A DNA stretch of 64,000 nucleotides from an uncultured Clostridia bacterium (GTDB lineage: Bacteria > Bacillota > Clostridia > TANB77 > CAG-508): assembly GCA_948976265.1 (NCBI GenBank), contig CARFUA010000001.1:56331-120330 (forward strand). Direction: 5' to 3'. Positions within the stretch are counted from its first letter, which is position 1; each line of letters starts with the position of its first letter. Made by a program: the position numbers and the translations under genes. Under the pieces are notes generated by a model that had not been told where the DNA came from, searched no databases, and was given only the letters and a program-made list of their open reading frames with translations. Shown here in pieces: positions 21,449-32,185 of this stretch.

Positions 21449-21982
21449 ATGTTAAAGGAAAAGAAAGAGCAGATTGAAAAGAGTGAAGAGAGGAAACATC
21501 AGTTACGGTGTGGTGCAGTAATACTATTGACAGCTGGATTGATAGTTTACGGGGCAAAGCAAATATATGATACAATTTATGGAGAATTTGATTCTTTTAA
21601 TGTATCATTCGTGATGTATGTTGCAGTAGTTTGTGCATGTTTGATAATATACTTCGTATGTTCGTACTCTGTCTACAAAACGGAAGCGGCAATCACAGAA
21701 AGATGGAGTGCTATAAAAGAAGACGAAATCTTACAAGCATTAAAAAAGTGTAATAAAGTAGAGTTGGACTTGGATTATTGGGAAGCTGTTGAAAATGATG
21801 ATGTGTTTTATGATCTTATTGGAAATACGCTATTTTGGAGAAAGTATGAACATATTTATGTATGTGTGACAAAAGAAAATAACTTTTATATTTGGGCCGA
21901 AAATCAGAAAGAGAAGGTATGGGAACATACGTGCAGGAAATCAAATTCTGCGTTTTTAGGTAAATATTTCGAGCCAGTATAG
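21449..21982 (+). CDS. Hypothetical membrane protein of atypical (higher) GC content. Carries an in-frame CGG-T.
   Basis: 177 aa ORF with GC content visibly above the flanks. Two terminator hairpins follow. Confidence 0.4.
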   Translation: MLKEKKEQIEKSEERKHQLRCGAVILLTAGLIVYGAKQIYDTIYGEFDSFNVSFVMYVAVVCACLIIYFVCSYSVYKTEAAITERWSAIKEDEILQALKKCNKVELDLDYWEAVENDDVFYDLIGNTLFWRKYEHIYVCVTKENNFYIWAENQKEKVWEHTCRKSNSAFLGKYFEPV

Positions 21983-22035
21983 GGGCGAATGTTATAAGGG
22001 GCAGGTTTTCCTGCTCCTTTTTCTTTAATTTAGAA

Positions 22036-22068
22036 AGAAACCCCCAGTACAACTGGGGGTTTTTCATT
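22036..22068. terminator. Bidirectional rho-independent terminator between the 21449 ORF (+) and murC (-).
   Basis: Hairpin aaaccccc-agtacaact-gggggttttt, flanked by an A-tract and a T-tract. Confidence 0.7.
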
Positions 22069-22081
22069 TCTTTTTCTATTT

Positions 22082-23464
22082 CTATTTCGTAAGCATTGGT
22101 CCAATTTCTGTTACTGTACCAGCGCCTAAAGTTAAGACTAAATCATGTGGTTTGGCGTTGGATTTTATATAAGTTACAACTTCTTCAAAATCTTTAATAT
22201 AAATCACTTCTTTTCCCAAAGTCTCCATTTTATCAGCTAAATCTTGAGAAGAAATACCAATCGTATTTTTTTCTCTAGCCGCATAAATATCTACTAAAAT
22301 AATATGGTCGAATCCACTTAAAGATTCCGCAAAAGCCTCCAAATGAGCTGCTGTTCGACTATACGTATGTGGCTGAAAAATAACCCAAGATTCATGAAAA
22401 TCTTTATTTTTAATAGCATTTACAGTTGCCAAGATTTCAGTTGGATGATGACCATAATCATCAAATACAGAAACATCATTAAAAGAACCTTTATATTCCA
22501 AGCGACGACTAGCTCCAGTAAAGCTCTTTAAAGCCTCAGCCAATGTTTCCTTATCAATCTCATAAGAATGGCAAACACTAATGCAAGCCAAAGCATTTAA
22601 AACATTATGATTTCCTGCCACAGAAAGAGAAAAACGATGAAAAAACTCACGATTTTTATAAACGTCAAATGTTGCAAAACCGTTTTTATCAAATGTAATA
22701 TTTTTAGCCAAAAAAGTAGCTTCGCTATTTTCAATTCCATAAGAAATAAAATTTGATTTCGTAATATTTTTTAAAGCAAGACAATTTGCATCATCAGCAT
22801 TTACAACCAGCAATCCGTTTGGTTCCAAAATTTTTACAAAATCTTGAAACGCTTTTACCACATTATCAAATGTCTTATAAAAATCCAAATGGTCATTATC
22901 GATATTTAAAATAACCTCTGTTTTTGGAAACAATTTCAAAAAATTCGCTTGATATTCACAAGATTCTACAATAAAATAATCACTATTTCCCACTTGATAA
23001 TTACCACCAATCGTGTCCAAAATAGCACCGACTTGAATGGATGGGTCTAAATTGGCTTTTAGAAAACAAAGTGAAATCATAGAGGTTGTTGTTGTTTTTC
23101 CGTGTGTGCCAGAAATACAAATCGATTCTTTGTATAATTTTGTCAAATATCCAATAAATTCACCACGTGTTACAAGTGGAATCGAATTTTGCTTGGCAAT
23201 CATCATTTCAGGGTCGTCTTCTTTAATGGCAGCAGAATAAATAATCAAATCCGCCTTTTTACAATTCTCCAAATCGTGACCAATGGAAGTTTTTATTCCA
23301 TGTAAATTCAATTTGTCCGTAATTTCACTCTGATTTAAGTCAGAGCCTGTCACGATGTGGTTCCAATTATGTAGTGTTTCCGCAATGGCACTCATGCTAA
23401 TTCCACCAATTCCAATTAAATGTATATGTTGATAGTTAGATAAATCTTTCTTTTCAAAATTCAT
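22082..23464 (-). CDS. murC: UDP-N-acetylmuramate--L-alanine ligase.
   Basis: HLIGIGGISMSAIAE...GTHGKTTTTSMIS Mur ligase motifs. Confidence 0.92.
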   Translation of the reverse strand: MNFEKKDLSNYQHIHLIGIGGISMSAIAETLHNWNHIVTGSDLNQSEITDKLNLHGIKTSIGHDLENCKKADLIIYSAAIKEDDPEMMIAKQNSIPLVTRGEFIGYLTKLYKESICISGTHGKTTTTSMISLCFLKANLDPSIQVGAILDTIGGNYQVGNSDYFIVESCEYQANFLKLFPKTEVILNIDNDHLDFYKTFDNVVKAFQDFVKILEPNGLLVVNADDANCLALKNITKSNFISYGIENSEATFLAKNITFDKNGFATFDVYKNREFFHRFSLSVAGNHNVLNALACISVCHSYEIDKETLAEALKSFTGASRRLEYKGSFNDVSVFDDYGHHPTEILATVNAIKNKDFHESWVIFQPHTYSRTAAHLEAFAESLSGFDHIILVDIYAAREKNTIGISSQDLADKMETLGKEVIYIKDFEEVVTYIKSNAKPHDLVLTLGAGTVTEIGPMLTK

Positions 23465-23651
23465 TTTTACCTCCCAGTAGTTGTCTAAATTTTAATATAA
23501 ACTTATTATACAATTAAAATATGCTATTTTCAAGTATAATGTTAATATTTATTATGCGAATATTGGAAAAAAATATACAAGCCCAAAAGACAAAAGATAA
23601 AAATCATGAAAGCAAGTAAAATCAAGTGAGAGCATAAAACAGAAGATTTGT

Positions 23652-23703
23652 CAATTGACAAATTTACATAAATGTGATATAATTAAAGTTAGGGGCATTT
23701 TTC
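23652..23703 (+). promoter_or_regulatory. Consensus sigma-A promoter cassette upstream of spoVG (TTGACA-17-TGTGATATAAT) with a downstream short hairpin. Near-identical to 4579-4632.
   Basis: TTGACA is at 23655-23660 and TATAAT at 23678-23683. The hairpin gcatttttctagaaaatgc follows. Confidence 0.55.
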
Positions 23704-23843
23704 TAGAAAATGCAAGCGTTTTATAAAAAATAAAAAAATATTGTAAAAATTAGAAGGAATTTTTGATATTTTGGCGAATAATATAATTAATACATACAAA
23801 AACAGCGTATGTATTAATATAAACAATAGAAAGAGGTGCCAAA

Positions 23844-24122
23844 ATGCAAATAACAGATGTACGTTTAAGAAAAGTAAATTCAGAGAACAGAATGAAAGCT
23901 GTTGCTTCTGTAACATTCGATAATGAATTTGTAATTCATGATATCAAAGTTATCGAAAGTGCAAATGGATTATTTATAGCTATGCCAAGTAGAAAAACTC
24001 CAAACGGAGAATTTAAAGATATAGCTCATCCAATTAATGCTGAAACAAGAGAAAAAGTTCAAAAAGCAATTTTGGAGGCTTATGATGCTCCAGATGCTGA
24101 AACTGCCGAATCAGCAGAATAA
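23844..24122 (+). CDS. spoVG: Septation/sporulation protein SpoVG.
   Basis: [11 protein letters not shown]...[18 protein letters not shown] is a near-canonical SpoVG sequence. Confidence 0.93.
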   Translation: MQITDVRLRKVNSENRMKAVASVTFDNEFVIHDIKVIESANGLFIAMPSRKTPNGEFKDIAHPINAETREKVQKAILEAYDAPDAETAESAE

Positions 24123-24389
24123 TATATAAGTATATTAATAGTTTAGTCACTATTTTGCAATAGTGGCTATTTTTTATGGTCAGAAAACTTGGAAATTCGA
24201 CAAGTTTTTTTGTCAATTTTTCAAGAAAGACTTGTGTTTTTTGGAAAAATGTAATAAAATAGATAAAAATTATCACAAAATGTAAAAAACTTTTCAATAT
24301 TTGAGGAAAGAAAACGACAAAAAAAGTATTTATTTAGTGATTAAATACTAATCAAGGAAGAAATATTTGAAAAGTAGAGGTGGTTAAGG

Positions 24390-26777
24390 ATGTTTCAAAA
24401 TATAACAGAACGTGCTGAAGAGCAAGAAAATCAAATCAGTAAAGTAAATTTAATTTTAAGAGAATTCATAAAAATAAAGAACATTGTTCTCTTTATTTTA
24501 ACTTTTTGTATGTGCATGATTTCAATTGAAAATGAAATCACGCCATTTGGACTAGCCATATTGGCGGCTACATTAAGCAGCGGAATACCTGTATTTGGGG
24601 TTTTGATAGCAGCAACAATAGGAACGTTAGTTGGAAATGGCATGAGTGCATTTTTAAATTTCATATTTAGTGTTATCGTGTATTTTGCACTAGTACTTAT
24701 TTTTAAACCCAAAATTGCAATTCAGGAAAGAAACGAATTATTAAAAACAGGGAGACATTTATTTGTTGCATGTTTTATCATCACATTTTTTCAAAATGTA
24801 AAAGGTGTTGTGCTTACGTATGACATATTTATGGCGGTTGTTACAGCAACTTTAACGTATGTGTTTTATAAAATATTTGTCAATGGGTTAGTAGTGATAA
24901 AAAATTGGAAAATCAAAAAGGCGTTCACATTGGAAGAATTAATTGGAGCATGTATCATTATTGCTATTGCAACTATTCCTGTAAATCCAGAGTTATTATT
25001 TGGTTTACATTTGAGTAATATTGTTATTATATTTTTTGTGATGTTACTTGGTTGGAAAAATGGCATGTTAGTTGGATGCACAGCTGGTTTAACAATGGGA
25101 TTAGTTGTTTCAATGATAGAATTACAAAATGGTTTGCAAATTGCTGTATTTGCAGTATCTGGAATTTGTGCAGGCATATTGAATCGATTTGGAAAAGTGG
25201 GTGTAGTAAGCGGGTTTATTTTAGGAAATAGCTTGTTAATTTACTTAACCAATGGTGATACGATAAAAGTGGTTTATTTACGAGAGATTTTTGTGGCAGC
25301 ATTAGGGTTGTTTTTTGTACCAACTAAAATGAAATTGGAAATTGAAAATTTAGTTAATCAACATAAATTATTGAGTGATTTGGGAGAAAATAGATTAGCA
25401 CAAAATGAAGAGATGCTAAATAAGTTGAATATCATCTCAGACACAATTTCTGAAATGGTGGTCGACAAACCAGAAAAATTCACGAATATGGATGAAGACT
25501 TTAAAGATATATTGTTTGGAAATTTGGAAGAAATACAAAATAATATGTTTTATGAAGATATTATCAATGAAGATAATCACATTGCAGATGAACTATATAC
25601 AACTTTACAAACCAATGATATAATGCTTGAAAACGATTTTATTGAAGTATTAAAAAATCACAATAATTATATTATCATGCAGGATGAAACGATAAAAAAT
25701 GATTTGCAGGAAATAATAAAAATCATCAATCGTTCTTATAAAATGTTGCAAATCGAAATTACCAAAAAACAAGAAAAAGCAAAACATTTTAAAACGATGA
25801 AGAAGGGGTTAGAAGATATTTCAAACGCGATTAAAAATAGTGTTAAGACGAGTGAAACGAATAGCAACAGTAAATTTGCTCCAAAAGAAAAGGAATTGTT
25901 GGTTTTATTGCAAAACAAGTATCCAAATACAGTTTCATGTCGCATAAAACAAGCAAGCAATGGCAAATACATTATTGATGTAGCTTTTTCGAATGATAAA
26001 GTAAAAGAAAAACAGTATATAGCCAATATCGCAAATATTATGAGTAAAACACTTGGTTCAAAACTTATATTCATGCAAGATAAAAAAGGAGAAAGTTATA
26101 TACAAACTTATACTAGTGAAGATAAATTTATTTTGCAAATTGGAAGTAGCAAAGTAACTAAAGAAGGAAGTACTGTTTCAGGTGACTGTAATTTGCAGAT
26201 GAAGTTAAAAGATGGTAAATATCTATTAGCCATAAGCGATGGAATGGGAAGTGGAAAAACAGCCAGGGAAAGTAGTAAACTAACGATAAAAATGCTAGAG
26301 GATATGCTAGTTAATGGATTTGATAAAGAAGAGTTAATTACTTTTATTAATGACAAAGTTAATTTTAATACAGATTCTGAAATGTATGCTACGTTAGATT
26401 TTGCAATTTTAGATATGTACACAGGAAATATAAAGATAGCCAAAAGTGGTGCTTGTAATACGTATATTAAGAATCGAAAAAATATAAAAGTGGTAAAATC
26501 GCAAACGCTTCCTGTAGGAATTGTTGAAAAAACAGAACTAGAAGTACAAACAGTTACAGCACAAGATGGTGATATTATTGTAATGTGTAGTGATGGATTA
26601 TTGGAGTCACAAAACGATGGCAGAAAAGATTGGATTGAAGAATATTTAAGAAATATTAATACAACCAATGTTCAAAAAGTGGCTGATTTGATTGTGGCAG
26701 AAGCTGTTGATAATAGTTTTGGAATTGCTAGAGATGATATTACAGTGATTATTGCAAAGGTGGCAAAGAAAAAATAA
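24390..26777 (+). CDS. spoIIE: Stage II sporulation protein E (10-TM region plus PP2C phosphatase).
   Basis: Multi-TM N-terminal half. The C-terminal PP2C motifs are LAISDGMGSG and SDGLLE. Confidence 0.88.
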   Translation: MFQNITERAEEQENQISKVNLILREFIKIKNIVLFILTFCMCMISIENEITPFGLAILAATLSSGIPVFGVLIAATIGTLVGNGMSAFLNFIFSVIVYFALVLIFKPKIAIQERNELLKTGRHLFVACFIITFFQNVKGVVLTYDIFMAVVTATLTYVFYKIFVNGLVVIKNWKIKKAFTLEELIGACIIIAIATIPVNPELLFGLHLSNIVIIFFVMLLGWKNGMLVGCTAGLTMGLVVSMIELQNGLQIAVFAVSGICAGILNRFGKVGVVSGFILGNSLLIYLTNGDTIKVVYLREIFVAALGLFFVPTKMKLEIENLVNQHKLLSDLGENRLAQNEEMLNKLNIISDTISEMVVDKPEKFTNMDEDFKDILFGNLEEIQNNMFYEDIINEDNHIADELYTTLQTNDIMLENDFIEVLKNHNNYIIMQDETIKNDLQEIIKIINRSYKMLQIEITKKQEKAKHFKTMKKGLEDISNAIKNSVKTSETNSNSKFAPKEKELLVLLQNKYPNTVSCRIKQASNGKYIIDVAFSNDKVKEKQYIANIANIMSKTLGSKLIFMQDKKGESYIQTYTSEDKFILQIGSSKVTKEGSTVSGDCNLQMKLKDGKYLLAISDGMGSGKTARESSKLTIKMLEDMLVNGFDKEELITFINDKVNFNTDSEMYATLDFAILDMYTGNIKIAKSGACNTYIKNRKNIKVVKSQTLPVGIVEKTELEVQTVTAQDGDIIVMCSDGLLESQNDGRKDWIEEYLRNINTTNVQKVADLIVAEAVDNSFGIARDDITVIIAKVAKKK

Positions 26778-26792
26778 GGAATAGGAGGTATC

Positions 26793-28307
26793 ATGAGCAG
26801 AGGTAAAAGATGTGATGATGAACCCAAATTGAATATCAAAAAAGTGATTGCAACAATGGTAGCAATAGTTGTGGTGATTATGGTTGTAATTTCTATCAAA
26901 AATTTGTTATTTAATATGCCCAAAACAAAAGATGTTAGCATCATAGAAACGTATTTTCCAGCTTATACGAACGAAAAATGGGGCGTGATTGATAATAACG
27001 GTCAAACAGTTATAGACATGATATATGATGAAATGGTGATTATACCAGATAAAAATAAAGATTTGTTTATTTGCACAGCAGATATTGATTATGAAAATGA
27101 AACCTATCGTACAAAAGTAGTAAATAAAAATGGAACAGAAATTTTAACGAATTATCAAAATGTTCAAGCCATTGAAAATGCAAATGAAACAGATATCTGG
27201 TATGAGAACAATATTTTAAAATTTGAGCAAGATGGGAAATATGGATTGATTGATTTTAGTGGAAAGCTTATTTTAAATGCAGAATATGATGATATTTATG
27301 CATTAGAGGGAATTTCTAAAAATCTCATTATTGAGAAAAGTGACTTAAAAGGCTTGGTAAATACAAGCATGGGAGAAATTATTATTCAGCCAGAATACAC
27401 TGATATTACAACTGTAACTGATAACTATGATAATGGCTATATTGTAAAAAAAACAGACAAATTCGGTATCATTGGTGCAGATGCCAAGCTTGTACTTGAA
27501 CCAAAATATGACGAAATAAAGGAACTGGCTTCTAATGGATATTATGCAGTTGTGCAAAGTGGGAAAACGAGCTTAATTGACAAAGATGGTCAAGAAATAT
27601 TAAAAACTGGATTTGACACCATTGAAGAAATTAATACAGATAATATCACAACAAAGCTGAATGGTTTATATGGTGTTATAACAGTAGATGGAACAACAGT
27701 AATTGCTAATGAGTATGAAGATTTGAAATATGTATATGGTACGTATTATATTGCCAAAAAAGATGGAAAATATGGTGTAATTTCGACAACAGGAGATACC
27801 CAAATTGACTTCATCTACGCTGCAATGGAATACATAAAAACAGCAGATTTCATAGAAGCAGAAAAAGATAATTATAAAACAGATTTAATTAACCGAGAAT
27901 TTAAGGTTGCTTTAGAAGATGTAATTGTGTCTGAACTTAACTTAGAGGATGGCTATATTCGAGTAAGAATAGGCGAGGAATATCGTTATTATAATTTTGA
28001 ATTTCAAGAAAAGAAAAGCCAGGAAATATTGGCAACAAGTACATTATTTTTAATAAAAGAAAATGGCAAATATGGATATGAAAATAAAAACGGAGAAAGA
28101 GTCGTAGATTGCATCTATGATGACGCAAAAGAGCAAAATAAATTTGGCTATTGTGCGGTACAAAAAGACGGACTTTGGGGGTGTTTAAAATCAGATGGAA
28201 CTGTAGTAGTTGAGCCAAGCATAAATTTAAGTGAGTATTTGTATGTAGATTTTATTGATACTTGGTATCTAAATAAAGATTTGAATTTAAATATATATAC
28301 CAAATAA
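26793..28307 (+). CDS. WG-repeat (KWG) containing protein with an N-terminal TM anchor.
   Basis: Repeated KWGVID / KYGLIDFSG / KYGVIS / KYGYENKNG motifs with a ~40-aa periodicity. Confidence 0.7.
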   Translation: MSRGKRCDDEPKLNIKKVIATMVAIVVVIMVVISIKNLLFNMPKTKDVSIIETYFPAYTNEKWGVIDNNGQTVIDMIYDEMVIIPDKNKDLFICTADIDYENETYRTKVVNKNGTEILTNYQNVQAIENANETDIWYENNILKFEQDGKYGLIDFSGKLILNAEYDDIYALEGISKNLIIEKSDLKGLVNTSMGEIIIQPEYTDITTVTDNYDNGYIVKKTDKFGIIGADAKLVLEPKYDEIKELASNGYYAVVQSGKTSLIDKDGQEILKTGFDTIEEINTDNITTKLNGLYGVITVDGTTVIANEYEDLKYVYGTYYIAKKDGKYGVISTTGDTQIDFIYAAMEYIKTADFIEAEKDNYKTDLINREFKVALEDVIVSELNLEDGYIRVRIGEEYRYYNFEFQEKKSQEILATSTLFLIKENGKYGYENKNGERVVDCIYDDAKEQNKFGYCAVQKDGLWGCLKSDGTVVVEPSINLSEYLYVDFIDTWYLNKDLNLNIYTK

Positions 28308-28310
28308 AAT

Positions 28311-28341
28311 AAGGCACGAAAGAAACGTGCCTTTCTTTTAA
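28311..28341 (+). terminator. Rho-independent terminator.
   Basis: aaggcacgaaagaaacgtgccttt followed by a T-tract. Confidence 0.65.
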
Positions 28342-28353
28342 AAGGAGAAAAAA

Positions 28354-28722
28354 ATGAAGATTAGTTGCGGTACAGATATTATAGAAATTGAGAGAATTCA
28401 AAAAGCGATTGAAACAATGGGAGAAAAATTTTTGCAAACAATTTTTACACCAAAAGAAATAGAATATTGTGAAGCAAGAAAAGTTCAAAAATATCAACAT
28501 TATGCAGCTAGATTTGCAGTCAAAGAGGCGGCTTTTAAGGCACTTGGTGATAAAATGAATAAAAGTGAAATGAACTGGAAGAAATTTGAAGTTGTTAAAC
28601 GAGAAAATGGAAAACCAGCGTTGGAAATAAAAGAAGAAATCAAGGATTTAGAAAGTGTGGACATTAGTATTTCGCATTGCAAATTATATGCGACGGCGAA
28701 TGTAGTTGCGATGTTTCAATAG
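28354..28722 (+). CDS. acpS: Holo-[acyl-carrier-protein] synthase.
   Basis: GTDIIEIERI...ARFAVKEAAFKALG AcpS motifs. Confidence 0.88.
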   Translation: MKISCGTDIIEIERIQKAIETMGEKFLQTIFTPKEIEYCEARKVQKYQHYAARFAVKEAAFKALGDKMNKSEMNWKKFEVVKRENGKPALEIKEEIKDLESVDISISHCKLYATANVVAMFQ

Positions 28723-28739
28723 TTGGAAGGAGAAATAAT

Positions 28740-29504
28740 ATGGAATTTTTTGATTCACATGCACATTATAATGATGAAAAATTCGAAAAGGATAGAGCTG
28801 AAATTATTCAAAAGATTTATAGCGAAAATGTAACCAAAATCACTTGTATTGGATATAATAGTAGGTCGAGCCAAATGGCATTAGAATTGAGCAAACAATA
28901 TGATTTTATATATGCTACAGCAGGAATTTCTCCAAATGATATTAAAAATGTAAAAATACAAGAAATTGATAAAATACGTTCAATTGCGCAACAACAAAAA
29001 GTTGTTGCAATTGGCGAGATTGGGTTGGATTATTATTGGGAAAAAGAAAATAAAACACAACAAAAGGAGTTTTTTATCCAGCAAATTGAATTGGCAGATG
29101 AGCTGGATTTACCAATTGTTATTCATTGCAGAGATGCAGTAATGGACACTTTGGCGATTTTGAAAAATGAAATTAACCCTAAAAATCGAGGCATTTTTCA
29201 TTGTTGTATGCTGAACAAAGAATTGATAAAAGAAGCTGTAAAACTAGGTTTTTATATATCGTTTAGTGGAAATATAACTTTCAAAAATGCGAAAGCGAAA
29301 GAAGCAATTGAAGAAGTGCCTGAAAATAGAATATTGATTGAAACAGATAGCCCTTATTTAACGCCAGAACCATTTAGAGGAATGCGAAATGATTCCAGAA
29401 ATGTAAAATTGGTGGCAAAAAAAATAGCTGAAATCAAAAAGCTAGATTTGGCAGAAATAGCAAGCATTACTTATCAAAATGCGAAAGAAATATATAAAAT
29501 TTGA
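28740..29504 (+). CDS. TatD-family metal-dependent hydrolase.
   Basis: FFDSHAHYND...GEIGLDYYW...ETDSPYL TatD motifs. Confidence 0.85.
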   Translation: MEFFDSHAHYNDEKFEKDRAEIIQKIYSENVTKITCIGYNSRSSQMALELSKQYDFIYATAGISPNDIKNVKIQEIDKIRSIAQQQKVVAIGEIGLDYYWEKENKTQQKEFFIQQIELADELDLPIVIHCRDAVMDTLAILKNEINPKNRGIFHCCMLNKELIKEAVKLGFYISFSGNITFKNAKAKEAIEEVPENRILIETDSPYLTPEPFRGMRNDSRNVKLVAKKIAEIKKLDLAEIASITYQNAKEIYKI

Positions 29505-29570
29505 AAAAACTCTTGTATATATTTTTTTATATGATATAATGTCATTAATCTATTGTAGGAGGTTAAAATT

Positions 29571-30125
29571 ATGGGATTAGCAATTGTTATCATTATTGTT
29601 GTCTTGTTAGTCATCATTGTGGGAATGTATAATGGATTGATTACATCTAGAAATAAAGTAAAAAATGCTTGGAGTCAAATTGATGTACAATTACAAAGAA
29701 GATTTGATTTAATTCCTAATTTGGTTGATTCTGTAAAAGGATATATGAAACATGAAGAAGGCGTTTTAGCAAAAGTAACAGAACTTAGAACATCTTGGGC
29801 AAATGCTACAACAGTTGGGGAAAAAGCTGAATTAGATAATCAATTATCAGGTGCTTTAAAAACAATCATGGCAGTTTCAGAAAATTATCCTGATTTAAAA
29901 GCAAATCAAAATTTTAGTGAATTACAAGAAGAGTTGAGAAATACTGAAAATAAGATTTCCTATTCAAGACAATTCTATAATGATAGTGTTACAATGTATA
30001 ACACGAAATTGGAAGTAATTCCAACCAACATAATAGCAGGTTTATTTAGTTTCAAGCCAGAAGAATTATTCAAGACAGAATCTGAAGAAGCCAGAAAAAA
30101 TGTTAGAGTGGATTTCAACAATTAA
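29571..30125 (+). CDS. lemA: LemA family protein.
   Basis: N-terminal TM helix followed by the LemA pattern ([21 protein letters not shown]). Confidence 0.8.
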   Translation: MGLAIVIIIVVLLVIIVGMYNGLITSRNKVKNAWSQIDVQLQRRFDLIPNLVDSVKGYMKHEEGVLAKVTELRTSWANATTVGEKAELDNQLSGALKTIMAVSENYPDLKANQNFSELQEELRNTENKISYSRQFYNDSVTMYNTKLEVIPTNIIAGLFSFKPEELFKTESEEARKNVRVDFNN

Positions 30126-30130
30126 AAGCA

Positions 30131-30162
30131 AGGGGGTGCAGTTTAAGTTGCACCCTTATGTT
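30131..30162 (+). terminator. Rho-independent terminator.
   Basis: gggtgcagtttaagttgcaccc followed by a T-rich stretch. Confidence 0.6.
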
Positions 30163-30179
30163 TTAGAAAGGGGAATAAA

Positions 30180-31079
30180 ATGTACGAAGATATCAAAAAA
30201 AACAAAATGAAAACAGGAGGCATTGTTTTTATCTTTTTACTTATGATAACTTTAATTTTATACTATGTATGCTATATGTTTGATATAAGCAGTTATGCCG
30301 CGATTGCTATAGCGTTGAGCTTTTCGATTCTTTCAACAATTGCGACTTACTATAATTGTGATAAAATTGTATTAGCAAGCGTAAAAGCACGAGAAGCAAC
30401 GCATGAAGAGGATTTACAACTAACGAATATTTTAGATGCCTTAATGGTCGCTTCGGGATTAGAACATAAACCACGTTTGTACGTTATGGAATCAAGCCAA
30501 CCCAACGCATTTGCAACAGGAAGAAATCCACAAAATGCCATTATTTGTGTGACAACAGGACTGCTGGAAAAGTTAGATTATTATGAATTAGAAGGGGTTG
30601 TAGCGCATGAATTATCGCATATAAAAAATTACGATATCTTACTTTCAGCTGTAATAAGTGTTATGGTTGGGTTTGTGATTATGCTATCAGACATATTTAC
30701 AAGAACCATGTTCCGTTCTTCCAGAAGGGACAATGATGAGAACGACAGCAAAGGAAATGCCGTTTTATTATTAATTGGTTTAATATTTTTAATCTTATCG
30801 CCAATTATTTCTAATTTAATCCAACTAGCCGTTTCGCGCAGAAGAGAATATTTGGCAGACAGCACAGCAATTCAATTTACGCGTAATCCAGATGGATTGA
30901 TTTCCGCTTTGAAAAAAATATCAGAAGATGACTCAGAATTAGATGTTGCAAGCAATAGCAATGCCTATATGTACATCAGTAATCCATTTCCTAAAAAGAG
31001 GAAAAAGAAAATGAGTAACTTACTTTCAACGCATCCTTCTATAGAAGAGAGAGTGGAGGCTTTGGAGAATTTGAAATAA
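30180..31079 (+). CDS. htpX: Zinc metalloprotease HtpX (M48 family).
   Basis: HELSHIKNYD (HExxH) within a 4-TM context. Confidence 0.85.
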   Translation: MYEDIKKNKMKTGGIVFIFLLMITLILYYVCYMFDISSYAAIAIALSFSILSTIATYYNCDKIVLASVKAREATHEEDLQLTNILDALMVASGLEHKPRLYVMESSQPNAFATGRNPQNAIICVTTGLLEKLDYYELEGVVAHELSHIKNYDILLSAVISVMVGFVIMLSDIFTRTMFRSSRRDNDENDSKGNAVLLLIGLIFLILSPIISNLIQLAVSRRREYLADSTAIQFTRNPDGLISALKKISEDDSELDVASNSNAYMYISNPFPKKRKKKMSNLLSTHPSIEERVEALENLK

Positions 31080-31295
31080 AGAGAGCAAAAGGGAAAGATT
31101 CTTTTTAAAGATATTCAGAAATCAAGAAATTACAAAAAATGCCACCTAAGTCAAATAAAAAGCTGAAGTACCCACAATTATTATGTAAAACATTGTATTT
31201 CATGTCAATTTATGGTATAATAAAATTAAATAAAGCAATTTTAGCTTTTGTTGAAAACCGTGTTAAACAGATTTTTTACTTAAGGAGGTAAAATC

Positions 31296-32021
31296 ATGAT
31301 TAGATCTGAAAAGTTTGCATTGCGGGACGTGGAAATTAAAAGTTTGTCAGATGAACGTCTGATGCTAATTGACCCAACGGTGAAAGGGTTTTATAAGAAT
31401 GTTCTGCAGTTTGCAACTGCAAATAAGAATATTAATGCATTTGTAGAGGCAATCTATGAAGTGCAGAAGATAGAACTTGAACCATTTTGGCGACCTGTAA
31501 TGGATCCATCCGAAATAGATGGAGAGATTGTCTATATGAAAGGGAAACCACCAGCAGTGGGACATTCATATAAATGGTGGGAAGATAAACTTACCAACAT
31601 GAATGGTGTAGAAAATAAGATTTGGGGCATAGGAAACGATTATCAGTACTACGTTGATAAGGTAGATCTTATCAATCGGCTTGTTGCTAAAGGATATGAT
31701 CTAAGTAAGGCAATTGAAGGAGTTGTCTTGAATTCGGCGAAGTTTGGACATTATGCTAATTCAAAGAAGGCAAAGCATCATTTTGAGGTAACAGGTTCAC
31801 GTGAAGTATGTGGTCGATATGACCTGGGAAATACTTGCAAGATTGTACATTGTACAAACTGGAAAGACGGAATTTTTTGGATTGTTGGTGGCGCCTACTG
31901 TCATTTTGGAAACGATCGTCCATTGATTGATTTTGATTATGGCAGTCTTGTGGGGATTGATGGTGTCTGCAATATTAGTGTTGCCTGGCCTGTGCTTATG
32001 TCTAGAGCTAAATTTATTTGA
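31296..32021 (+). CDS. Hypothetical Cys/His/Trp-rich protein of atypical, higher (~40%) GC content. Likely horizontally acquired.
   Basis: 241 aa ORF with its own promoter-like region and a downstream terminator. Uses in-frame CGG Arg codons, unlike native genes. Confidence 0.5.
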   Translation: MIRSEKFALRDVEIKSLSDERLMLIDPTVKGFYKNVLQFATANKNINAFVEAIYEVQKIELEPFWRPVMDPSEIDGEIVYMKGKPPAVGHSYKWWEDKLTNMNGVENKIWGIGNDYQYYVDKVDLINRLVAKGYDLSKAIEGVVLNSAKFGHYANSKKAKHHFEVTGSREVCGRYDLGNTCKIVHCTNWKDGIFWIVGGAYCHFGNDRPLIDFDYGSLVGIDGVCNISVAWPVLMSRAKFI

Positions 32022-32185
32022 TTTCCAAAAAAGGAAGAGACCTGCTAATAGCAGGTCTTGTTTCAATTTAACTGCGTTTTCTATAACATAAAAATTTTAA
32101 TTTAAAATCACAAAAACAATTGACATTTTTTTTAAAAGTGATATAATAAAGCAAACATAAGTTTTATAAAAATAAAGGAGCAAAA

